From the NCBI GenBank assembly GCA_036268155.1, contig DATAUQ010000042.1:1-54022 (forward strand): 54,022 nt of DNA, written 5' to 3'. Source of the DNA: Verrucomicrobiia bacterium. Its GTDB lineage: Bacteria; Verrucomicrobiota; Verrucomicrobiia; Limisphaerales; UBA11358. A program made the position numbers and the translations under genes. The notes beneath the pieces are model-generated. The model did no database searches. It had not been told where the DNA came from and saw nothing but the letters and a program-made list of their open reading frames with translations. Of this stretch, positions 26,506 to 34,120 are shown piece by piece (the first letter of the stretch is position 1; each line of letters begins with the position of its first letter).

Positions 26506-27750
26506 ATGGAGACTGAAAATTCATCCACCAACGGCGACGAGCCGCCTTCGCGCAGTTCGTTACAAACGCTCAAAGAATTCAAATCTGCGGGACGCGGCTT
26601 TTGGAGCGACGTTCCTGATTCGGATTGGAACGACTGGAAATGGCAGTTGAAACACCGCATCACGACGGCGGAGCAATTGCAAAAATTTCTGCCCACTCTT
26701 ACGCCCGAAGAATTTGCGGGCGCGAAACTCGCGAATACAAAACTCGCGCTTGCCATCACGCCGTATTTTTTCAACCTGATTGATCCGGCGGATGAAAATT
26801 GTCCGGTCCGGCTGCAAGTCATTCCCAAGCTCGCCGAATCCCACACCGCGCCGTGGGAGATGAGCGATCCCGTCGGCGAAGATTCGCACTCGCCCGTGCC
26901 GGGACTTGTGCATCGTTATCCCGACCGCGTTTTGTTTTTGGTGACGGATCGCTGCGCCTCTTATTGCCGTTATTGCACGCGCTCGCGGCTCGTGAGCAAT
27001 GCGAGCGGCTACGATTTTCATCCCGAATTCGACAAGCAGATCGCCTACATCGCCGCGCATCCCGAAATCCGCGACGTGCTTTTGAGCGGCGGCGACCCGC
27101 TTTTGTTGAGCGACGACAAGCTGGAAAATCTCTTGAGCCGCCTGCGCGCGATTCCGCACGTTGAATTTCTGCGCATCGGTTCGCGAATCCCGACCTTTTT
27201 GCCGCAACGCATCACGCCCGAACTTTGCGCGATGCTGAAAAAATTTCATCCGCTGTTCATGAGCGTCCACTCGAACCATCCGCGCGAACTCACGACGGAA
27301 GTGCGCGACGCGCTGGGCCGCCTCGCCGATGCCGGCATTCCGCTCGGCAACCAGAGCGTTTTGCTCAAGCACGTCAACGACGACGCGACCGTAATGAAGG
27401 CGCTCGTCCAGAAACTTTTGATGTGCCGCGTGAAGCCGTATTATCTTTACCAGTGCGATTTGATTTCCGGCTCGGCCCATCTGCGCGCGAGCGTGCGCCA
27501 GGGCATCGAGATCATGCAGCAATTGCGCGGACACACGACCGGCTACGCCGTGCCGCAATACGTCATTGACGCGCCCGGCGGCGGCGGCAAAGTGCCAGTC
27601 AATCCAGAATACGTCTTGAGCCACAACGCCGACCGCGTGGTGCTGCGCAACTACGAGGGAAAAATTTTCGAATATCCCGAAGCCGCCGATGGCACGCCGC
27701 TCTCCAAACCGCCGAAAGAAATTGAAGAGCCGGAGCTTTGCAAGTGTTGA
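26506..27750 (+). CDS. kamA: KamA-family radical SAM aminomutase (lysine 2,3-aminomutase-like)
   Basis: It has the radical SAM cluster CASYCRYCTRS, GGDPLLL, and a PLP-binding-region pattern. The ~415-aa length is typical of KamA rather than the shorter EpmB. Confidence 0.85.
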   Translation: METENSSTNGDEPPSRSSLQTLKEFKSAGRGFWSDVPDSDWNDWKWQLKHRITTAEQLQKFLPTLTPEEFAGAKLANTKLALAITPYFFNLIDPADENCPVRLQVIPKLAESHTAPWEMSDPVGEDSHSPVPGLVHRYPDRVLFLVTDRCASYCRYCTRSRLVSNASGYDFHPEFDKQIAYIAAHPEIRDVLLSGGDPLLLSDDKLENLLSRLRAIPHVEFLRIGSRIPTFLPQRITPELCAMLKKFHPLFMSVHSNHPRELTTEVRDALGRLADAGIPLGNQSVLLKHVNDDATVMKALVQKLLMCRVKPYYLYQCDLISGSAHLRASVRQGIEIMQQLRGHTTGYAVPQYVIDAPGGGGKVPVNPEYVLSHNADRVVLRNYEGKIFEYPEAADGTPLSKPPKEIEEPELCKC

Positions 27751-27922
27751 ACCGCGAACCACGCGAAATACGCGAACGGTTTTCAACGTAAAACTTCTGA
27801 CACGAATTCCACGAATTCACGCAAATTAAAAGCCTGTAAGGCTGACAGATAATAGCCCAGGGCAAACGCAGTGCCGCCCTGGGTTAAACGTCAAAAATTT
27901 CCAAGCCCTGTAAGAGCGGCAG
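27750..27922. repeat. Left composite inverted repeat flanking the Mrr-like orphan
   Basis: It has three sub-motifs: A at 27750-27778, B at 27799-27822, and C at 27831-27922 (containing the CCCAGGGC...GCCCTGGG hairpin). All three recur inverted at 29164-29328. Confidence 0.7.
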
Positions 27923-27967
27923 AAGTCTCGACAATGAATCGCGGAAGACGTAAAAGATTGTCCGACT

Positions 27968-29152
27968 ATGGCACTCACGGAACTTTGGAAAACCGCGCAT
28001 AAAGAAATTCAAGACAAGCACGTCCAGCAAGTCATTGGATTTGCTGGCGACGGTAAACTTCGCGACGGCGGGGCTGCTTCAAAAGAATTCCGTGATTTCC
28101 TCGCGCTTGTTCCATCCAATTTTCTTTCTCGATACGCAAATGACTGTTTGACGGATAAATTCGATAACAGCGGATTGGCATTGCAAGATGTCATCAATGA
28201 GGTTGGAACACGTCTTGGATTTCGCGTCGAGCAAGGCCGTTATCGTGGGACGCAGGGCGAGATTGGTTTCGATGGCCTCTGGATTTCGCCAGATGAAAAT
28301 GGACTCGTTGTTGAAGTTAAAACGACCGATGCTTACCGGATAGATTTGGAAACGGTTGCGACCTACCGGCGCAATCTGATTGCCGATGGGCGGATTAAGC
28401 AAACCAATTGCTCCATCCTGATTATCGTTGGGCGCACTGACACGGGTGATCTTGAAGCTCAAGTTCGCGGTTCTCGTCACGCGTGGGATATTCGGCTTAT
28501 CAGTATTGATGGGCTGCTTCGTCTCATGCACCTCAAAGAAGAATTGGACGACCCGAAAATCATGGGTAAAATTCGTCAAGTCCTGACGCCTCAAGAATTC
28601 ACAAAAGTAGACGGAATCATTGACCTTGTCTTTTCAACCACGGCAGACGTTAAGAAAGAGCAAGAACTTACGGAAGTAGCTGACGAAGAAGAAGACGAAC
28701 AGCACAAGACGAAGTTCACTCCACTCAATTTTCGCGATGCGTGCGCAATCAGAGTTCAAAAGCATCTTGGCCAGCCGTTGGTCAAACGATCTTCTGCCGT
28801 TTACTCATCGCCAGATGAAAATCTGGCTGTCGTTTGTATTAACTCACGAGAGTATAAAAACGCCAAGCGTTCAGGTCATTCGGGGTTTTGGTTTGCCTTT
28901 CATCCTCATCAGCGAGATTTGCTTCAGAATCATAAGCAGACATTTGTTGCTCTTGGATGCGGTTCGGCAGATACCATTCTTCTAATTCCTGGAAAGATAT
29001 TTATCAAATGGTTGGACCGATTCCATAAAACCGAACGTGACGACAGATATTATTGGCATATCCGAATTCACAAAGACAAAGAAGGCTATTTGTTGCGAGT
29101 TAAAAAAGGCGCGGATGCTGTTCGGCTTAACGAGTATTTGCTAAAAAACTGA
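27968..29152 (+). CDS. Two-domain orphan: N-terminal Mrr-like PD-(D/E)XK nuclease core plus an unassigned C-terminal module
   Basis: GEIGFDGLWISPDENGLVVEVKTTD gives D...E-x-K, followed by CSILIIVGRTD as in Mrr_cat. An acidic linker (EVADEEEDEQ) follows, then a C-terminal ~150 aa (HSGFWFAFHPHQ...YYWHIRIHKD) that I cannot place. The gene is AT-richer than its neighbours. Confidence 0.55.
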   Translation: MALTELWKTAHKEIQDKHVQQVIGFAGDGKLRDGGAASKEFRDFLALVPSNFLSRYANDCLTDKFDNSGLALQDVINEVGTRLGFRVEQGRYRGTQGEIGFDGLWISPDENGLVVEVKTTDAYRIDLETVATYRRNLIADGRIKQTNCSILIIVGRTDTGDLEAQVRGSRHAWDIRLISIDGLLRLMHLKEELDDPKIMGKIRQVLTPQEFTKVDGIIDLVFSTTADVKKEQELTEVADEEEDEQHKTKFTPLNFRDACAIRVQKHLGQPLVKRSSAVYSSPDENLAVVCINSREYKNAKRSGHSGFWFAFHPHQRDLLQNHKQTFVALGCGSADTILLIPGKIFIKWLDRFHKTERDDRYYWHIRIHKDKEGYLLRVKKGADAVRLNEYLLKN

Positions 29153-29163
29153 AAAGATAATTT

Positions 29164-29328
29164 CTGTCGCCCTTACAGGCTTAAATTTTTTGGACGATTA
29201 ACCCAGGGCGGCGCGCTGCTTGCCCTGGGCTATTTTCTTTCGGGCTTACAGCCCTGTTTAATTCGCGTTCGCGTGTTTGGCGTGGTTCGCGGTTGAAATT
29301 CTCCGCGTTAATCCGTGTAATTCGTGTC
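29164..29328. repeat. Right composite inverted repeat flanking the Mrr-like orphan
   Basis: It holds reverse-complement copies of block C (29164-29254), motif A (29266-29294) and motif B (29305-29328). Confidence 0.7.
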
Positions 29329-29403
29329 AAAAACTTTGTGCCTTTGTGTCTTGGTGGTTAAATTGAAATTTACTTCCGCGCATTTTTCTGCCAGATTGTT
29401 TCC

Positions 29404-29589
29404 ATGAGCGGAATCACTTTCATGGTGGATGAACGCGGTCAGAAAACGGCAGCCGTCATTGACCTGCGGAAGCATGAACAGCTTTGGGAAGATTTCCACG
29501 ACGCGCTACTAGCCAAGTCGCGCGCCCGCGAGCCGCGTGAGAGTCTCGCCTCCGTCCGGCAACGGCTAAAATCCCGTCGGAATGGCTGA
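29404..29589 (+). CDS. Type II antitoxin (small, precedes and overlaps a RelE/ParE toxin gene)
   Basis: This is a 61-aa protein whose 3' end overlaps the toxin start by 8 nt. Its ...AAVIDLRKHEQLWEDFHDALLA... pattern resembles antitoxins I recall paired with RelE/ParE. A TAAATT-ga-AATTTA palindrome lies upstream at 29359-29372. Confidence 0.6.
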   Translation: MSGITFMVDERGQKTAAVIDLRKHEQLWEDFHDALLAKSRAREPRESLASVRQRLKSRRNG

Positions 29590-29848
29590 TTACTCCATCA
29601 GCTTCGCCCGCTCCGCGCGCAAGGAATTGGAACATCTTTCTGGCGATGTCGCTGAACGGATTCTGGCGAAGATTGAATTGTTGGCTGGAAATCCTCGGCC
29701 TGTCGGCGTCATCAAACTTCACGGGCAGAAAAATCTCTGGCGAATGCGCGTCGGCGATTATCGCGTAGTTTATTCGATTGATGATTTTTCCAAGGCGGTT
29801 GACGTTTCCGTGATTCGTCATCGGCGCGATGTTTATCGGGATTTGTAA
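29582..29848 (+). CDS. relE: RelE/ParE-family type II toxin (mRNA interferase)
   Basis: This 88-aa protein reads YSISFARSARKELEHL...IELLAGNPRP...KLHGQKNLWRMRVGDYRVVYSIDD...VDVSVIRHRRDVY, which fits the RelE/StbE pattern. Confidence 0.8.
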   Translation: MADYSISFARSARKELEHLSGDVAERILAKIELLAGNPRPVGVIKLHGQKNLWRMRVGDYRVVYSIDDFSKAVDVSVIRHRRDVYRDL

Positions 29849-29851
29849 GTT

Positions 29852-30532
29852 ATGTTCCGTGAATCGCTCCAGACCAAAACCGCGCGGCTGAAAAAAATCA
29901 TCGCCGGTTTCCAAAAGACTTATCCCGATGCGCACTGCGAGCTGACTTACGCGAACCCGCTCCAATTGCTCGTCGCCGTGATCCTTTCCGCGCAATGCAC
30001 GGACAAGCGCGTCAACCTCATCACACCGGAATTGTTCAAAAAATATCACACCGCAAAAGATTTCGCGGACGCGCCGCGCGCGGAACTGGAGCAGTTCATC
30101 AAGTCCGCCGGATTTTTCCGCAGCAAGGCGAAGAACATCCAGAATTGCTGCCACAAACTCGTCGAGCTTCACGCCGACGAAGTGCCGCGCACGATGGAGG
30201 AATTGATCCAGCTCGACGGCGTCGGGCGCAAGACGGCAAACGTCGTCCTGGGCAACGCGTTCGATGTGGTGGTCGGCGTCGTCGTGGACACGCACATGAT
30301 GCGATTGTCGCACCGGCTCGGTTTGGTCACGGAACGGACGCCGGAAAAAATCGAACTCGCGCTGATGAAGTTGCTGCCGCAGAAATATTGGCTGGATTTC
30401 AGCCACTGGCTCGTCTGGCACGGACGCCGTCGCTGCTTCGCGCGCAAGCCAGATTGCGCGAATTGTGAAGTGCTGAAATGGTGTCCGCGAATCGGGGTGA
30501 AAGAAGTTTTAGCCACAGATGGGCACAGATGA
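29852..30532 (+). CDS. nth: Endonuclease III (DNA glycosylase/AP lyase)
   Basis: It has the HhH-GPD motif (LDGVGRKTANVVL), catalytic VDTH, and the 4Fe-4S cluster loop CFARKPDCANCEVLKWC. The last ~7 codons and the stop lie within a repeat arm. Confidence 0.92.
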   Translation: MFRESLQTKTARLKKIIAGFQKTYPDAHCELTYANPLQLLVAVILSAQCTDKRVNLITPELFKKYHTAKDFADAPRAELEQFIKSAGFFRSKAKNIQNCCHKLVELHADEVPRTMEELIQLDGVGRKTANVVLGNAFDVVVGVVVDTHMMRLSHRLGLVTERTPEKIELALMKLLPQKYWLDFSHWLVWHGRRRCFARKPDCANCEVLKWCPRIGVKEVLATDGHR

Positions 30533-30615
30533 AACACAGATAAGGTATCCGCAGATTTCGCTGATTGGCGCAGATAAATTTTCCATCTGTGTTTCATCTG
30601 TGTAAATCTGTGGCT
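30511..30615. mobile_element. Cargo-less (MITE-like) 105-bp copy of the 'CACAGAT' palindromic element
   Basis: The arms AGCCACAGATGGGCACAGATGAAACACAGAT (30511-30541) and ATCTGTGTTTCATCTGTGTAAATCTGTGGCT (30585-30615) are almost identical to the arms around the GxxExxY gene. Only 43 nt lie between them. Confidence 0.7.
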
Positions 30616-30617
30616 GA

Positions 30618-31298
30618 ATGAATTGGCTTCTTCTCAATTCCGGCAAATGCGACGCGGCGTTCAACATGGCGCTGGACGAAGCGTTGCTCGAAAATGTTTC
30701 GTTGCTCGGCAAACCGGTTTTGCGTTTTTATGGCTGGACTGAACCAGCAGCAACATTCGGCTACTTCCAAAAATTTTCTGAAGTCGAGCGCGCGACACAT
30801 TTGCGTCCGCTGATTCGCCGTCCGACGGGCGGCGGTATCGTGCCGCATGACGCGGACTGGACTTACAGTTTTGTCGTTCCGCCAAATTACGAATGGTATT
30901 CGCTGAAGGCGATAGAAAGTTACCGTCGCATCCACGAATGGATTCAAAGCGCGTTCACAAAATTAAAAATCGAAACCGAACTTGCGCCATGCTGCAAAAA
31001 AACTTTGCCCGGCCAGTGTTTCGCCGGCCACGAAAAATTTGATTTGCTCTGGCACGGGAAAAAAATTGCGGGCGCAGCGCAGCGGCGGAATAAATCCGGT
31101 TTATTGATTCAAGGCTCGGTTCAGCCACCGCCGATAAAAATTGTTCGCGATGATTTGGAAAATGCGATGCGCGAAGTCGCGTGTGAAAAATTTAAGGTTG
31201 AGTGGCGTGAATTTTCGCCGGACGAAAAGCTGCTTTCGCGCGCGGAGAAATTCGCATTGGAAAAATATGTGCTGACGAGTTACAATCAAAAGCGTTGA
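30618..31298 (+). CDS. Biotin/lipoate A/B protein ligase family protein (lipoate-protein ligase / octanoyltransferase-like)
   Basis: AFNMALDEALLE...LRFYGW...TFGYFQ...RRPTGGGIVPHD...GKKIAGAAQRR matches the BPL_LplA_LipB catalytic domain. Confidence 0.8.
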   Translation: MNWLLLNSGKCDAAFNMALDEALLENVSLLGKPVLRFYGWTEPAATFGYFQKFSEVERATHLRPLIRRPTGGGIVPHDADWTYSFVVPPNYEWYSLKAIESYRRIHEWIQSAFTKLKIETELAPCCKKTLPGQCFAGHEKFDLLWHGKKIAGAAQRRNKSGLLIQGSVQPPPIKIVRDDLENAMREVACEKFKVEWREFSPDEKLLSRAEKFALEKYVLTSYNQKR

Positions 31299-31321
31299 AA
31301 CATCATCCATTTTATTAAGTT

Positions 31322-33442
31322 GTGAAAAATTCCCGGCCGTTTTTGGGAGGGTTGAGAAAAGGAGTTGTTGTTGGAATCATTTCCGCGATTTTCCCGGCGC
31401 AATTTTTGTGTGCACAGATTTTGATGAGCGGCGGAACGTATTCGCAGAATTTTGATTCGCTGGCGAATTCCGGCAGCGCGAACACTTGGACGGACGATTC
31501 CACTTTGCCGGGCTGGTATGCGTCCAGACAAGTTTCGCCGAACGAGATTGCCGCTTATCGCGCGGCCAACGGCGGTGGAACCACCGGCGCGCTTTATAGT
31601 TTTGGCGCTTCGGCTTCTGCCAATCGCGCGCTGGGCTGTCTGGTTTCCGGGACGCCGGGCAGCATCGCCTTTGGATTGCGTTTCACCAACGACACGGCAT
31701 TTGCTCAAAGTAACATTCTGATTTCGTTCACGGGCGAGCAATGGAGGAATGCCAACACACTGGCGCAAACGCTCGCGTTTTCTTATCAGGTTGGAATTTT
31801 ACTGACCAATTCCGACGGCGCAAATCTTTTGACGTGGACGCCTTTTCATTCTTTGGATTTCACAACGCCGATCACCGGCGGAACCAGCGGCGCGCTGGAC
31901 GGCACGGCGGCGGCGGATCAAATTGTTTTCACGAACATTCTTGTCGCCGGCGTCGCGGTTCAACCCGCTCAGGAATTATTTTTGCGCTGGTTTTTGGCGC
32001 GGCCATCCTCGGGCAGCAGCCACGGCGTGGCGATTGATGATTTGACGGTCAGTTTTCAAACCGCCGTTCCGTCAACCAATCCGCCGGTCATCACGTTGCA
32101 GCCGCAAAGTCAGGCGGCGGCCGAAGGCGGATTCGCCATTTTTTCCGCCAGCGCGACGGGAAATCCCGCGCCAACTTATCAATGGCAATTCAACGAAACT
32201 AATCTGCCCGGCGCCACGAGTCCAACGCTCGCGTTGGACAATTTGACAACGAACCAGGCCGGAAATTATTCCGCGATGATCACGAACATCGCAGGCGTGA
32301 CGAACAGCGTGGCCGCGACGCTTTTCCTCATGCCCGCTTCGATTGCCGCCACAAACGGCGCGATTCGGATTTTGCAATACAACGTCGAAGGCAATGGCGC
32401 GACGGATTGGAGCACAAACGCGACGCAAGTTCGGGCCATCGGGCGCGAGTTGATGTATTTCAACCCGGACATCATCACGTTCAACGAAATTCCCGCGACG
32501 AATGTCTGGCAGATGACGAACTGGGTGAAGGCGTTTTTGCCCGGCTATTTTCTGGCGACCAATTCGACGAGCGACGGCTTCATCCAAAATTGCATCGCCA
32601 GCCGTTTTCCAATCACGCGTTCAGCGAGCCATCTGCAATTTTCGAGCCTCGCTCCTTACGGCTACATCGGCACCGGTTTCACGCGAGATTTGTTCGAGGC
32701 GCAAATCGCCGTGCCGAACTGGCCGCTGCCGCTGCATGTTTTTGTCGCGCACCTGAAATCCACCAGCAACAGCACGGCGCAGGACGACGCAGACAAGCGC
32801 GCGGCGATGGCTTCGGCGGTTTCAAATTATTTTGCGGTGACTTTTTTGACGTCCACCAACGGCTCGCATCCCTACATTTTGGATGGCGACATGAATGAAG
32901 ACGCTTTTTTTCCCGAAACGCAAAATTATTCCAGCGGCCATCCGATCCAACGCATGACCGCGACGCCGACCGGATTGCAGATGACCATTCCGATCAATCC
33001 CGTCACGCGCACCGATTTGACCGAATCCATCCAAGGATCACTGGATACGCGTTTCGATTACATTTTGCCGTGCGGGTTTTTATTTTCCAACATCGCTGGC
33101 AGCGACGTTTTCCGCACCGATTTGCTCACCCCATTGCCGCCGAATTTGAACGGCAACGACGATAAAGTTGCGTCCGACCATCTTCCCGTGCTGATGGTTT
33201 TTAATAATCCGTTCGACACGCCATTTAAACTCCTGTCCATCGCGCGAACCAATCAAAATGTCACGCTGCAATGGGAATCACAAAACAACCGCGTCTTCAA
33301 CATCGAAGCCTCGCCGGATTTATTTTCGTGGCTGCCGTTCGCCACGAACATTCTGACCGCGACCACCAATTCGCCTTTTGTTTTCACGACGAACAACATT
33401 GGCGACCCGGTAAAATTTTTCCGCATCCGCCGCGCGCCGTAA
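31322..33442 (+). CDS. Secreted multidomain endonuclease/exonuclease/phosphatase (EEP) protein with an Ig-like domain (ExeM/NucH-like layout)
   Basis: It has a signal peptide and an N-terminal YSQNFDSLANSG...LPGWY...GALYSFG...NRALG module. An I-set Ig-like repeat (PVITLQPQSQ...PTYQWQFN...AGNYSAMITN) follows. The EEP core runs IRILQYNVEG...ITFNEI...SDHLPVLMVF. Confidence 0.75.
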   Translation: MKNSRPFLGGLRKGVVVGIISAIFPAQFLCAQILMSGGTYSQNFDSLANSGSANTWTDDSTLPGWYASRQVSPNEIAAYRAANGGGTTGALYSFGASASANRALGCLVSGTPGSIAFGLRFTNDTAFAQSNILISFTGEQWRNANTLAQTLAFSYQVGILLTNSDGANLLTWTPFHSLDFTTPITGGTSGALDGTAAADQIVFTNILVAGVAVQPAQELFLRWFLARPSSGSSHGVAIDDLTVSFQTAVPSTNPPVITLQPQSQAAAEGGFAIFSASATGNPAPTYQWQFNETNLPGATSPTLALDNLTTNQAGNYSAMITNIAGVTNSVAATLFLMPASIAATNGAIRILQYNVEGNGATDWSTNATQVRAIGRELMYFNPDIITFNEIPATNVWQMTNWVKAFLPGYFLATNSTSDGFIQNCIASRFPITRSASHLQFSSLAPYGYIGTGFTRDLFEAQIAVPNWPLPLHVFVAHLKSTSNSTAQDDADKRAAMASAVSNYFAVTFLTSTNGSHPYILDGDMNEDAFFPETQNYSSGHPIQRMTATPTGLQMTIPINPVTRTDLTESIQGSLDTRFDYILPCGFLFSNIAGSDVFRTDLLTPLPPNLNGNDDKVASDHLPVLMVFNNPFDTPFKLLSIARTNQNVTLQWESQNNRVFNIEASPDLFSWLPFATNILTATTNSPFVFTTNNIGDPVKFFRIRRAP

Positions 33443-33532
33443 AGACATTGCGAAATCACGTTATTCTGCCAAATCAAAACAGCGCCACTAAAATGAATTG
33501 GAAATTTTGGCGGAATCCGGCATTTTGAAAAT

Positions 33533-34003
33533 ATGAATTTGACTGAAGAACAACGCCAGCGCGTCAGCGCATGGATTTTGGAAGGCGCGAAACTTTCGGA
33601 AATCCAAAACCGTCTGCTGTCGGAATTCAAATTGAAATTCACCTACATGGAAGTCCGCTTCCTCGTGGATGATTTGAAACTCACGCCGAAAGATCCCGAG
33701 CCGCCCAAAGTCGTCACGCCGCCCGCCGCCGATCCGGCAAAACTCACCGTAGAAAAAAATCCCGCGCCGGAAGGGACATTGCCAGCTTCGGGCGTTTCCG
33801 TCAGCGTTGATCAAATCACCAAGCCCGGCGCGATGATCAGCGGCACGGTCAAATTCAGCGACGGTCAAATTGCCGATTGGTATCTGGATCAAACCGGACG
33901 GCTCGGCGTCGTGCCGAAGCAAGCCGGTTACAAACCATCCGCCGCCGACGTGCAGGATTTTCAACTGGCCTTGCAACAGGAAGTCGCCAAGCTCGGCTAC
34001 TGA
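33533..34003 (+). CDS. Hypothetical protein (156 aa)
   Basis: It has a clean ORF with backbone-like composition and a Pro-rich linker between two small domains. I recognise no family. Confidence 0.5.
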   Translation: MNLTEEQRQRVSAWILEGAKLSEIQNRLLSEFKLKFTYMEVRFLVDDLKLTPKDPEPPKVVTPPAADPAKLTVEKNPAPEGTLPASGVSVSVDQITKPGAMISGTVKFSDGQIADWYLDQTGRLGVVPKQAGYKPSAADVQDFQLALQQEVAKLGY

Positions 34004-34009
34004 AACAAA

Positions 34010-34091
34010 TTTTGAGTTTTAAGTTTTTAATTTTTAGTTGAAGCGCGTGGCATCAGCTTCAACTAAAAACTTAAAATTAAAAATTCAAAAC
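34010..34091. repeat. AT-rich long hairpin (REP-like / terminator-like)
   Basis: A perfect 14-bp stem TTTTTAGTTGAAGC (34031-34044) / GCTTCAACTAAAAA (34056-34069) is present. The flanking arms extend imperfectly with TTTAAG/TTAAAA units. Confidence 0.6.
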
Positions 34092-34120
34092 TTCCTGCGC
34101 ATTTGGCACATTGAACCGCG

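Noticed and set aside
27750-29850. The islet considered as a prophage remnant or integrative element
   Set aside because: I saw no integrase, recombinase, phage structural gene or tRNA attachment site in or next to the islet. Only repeat-bounded single genes and a TA pair are present.
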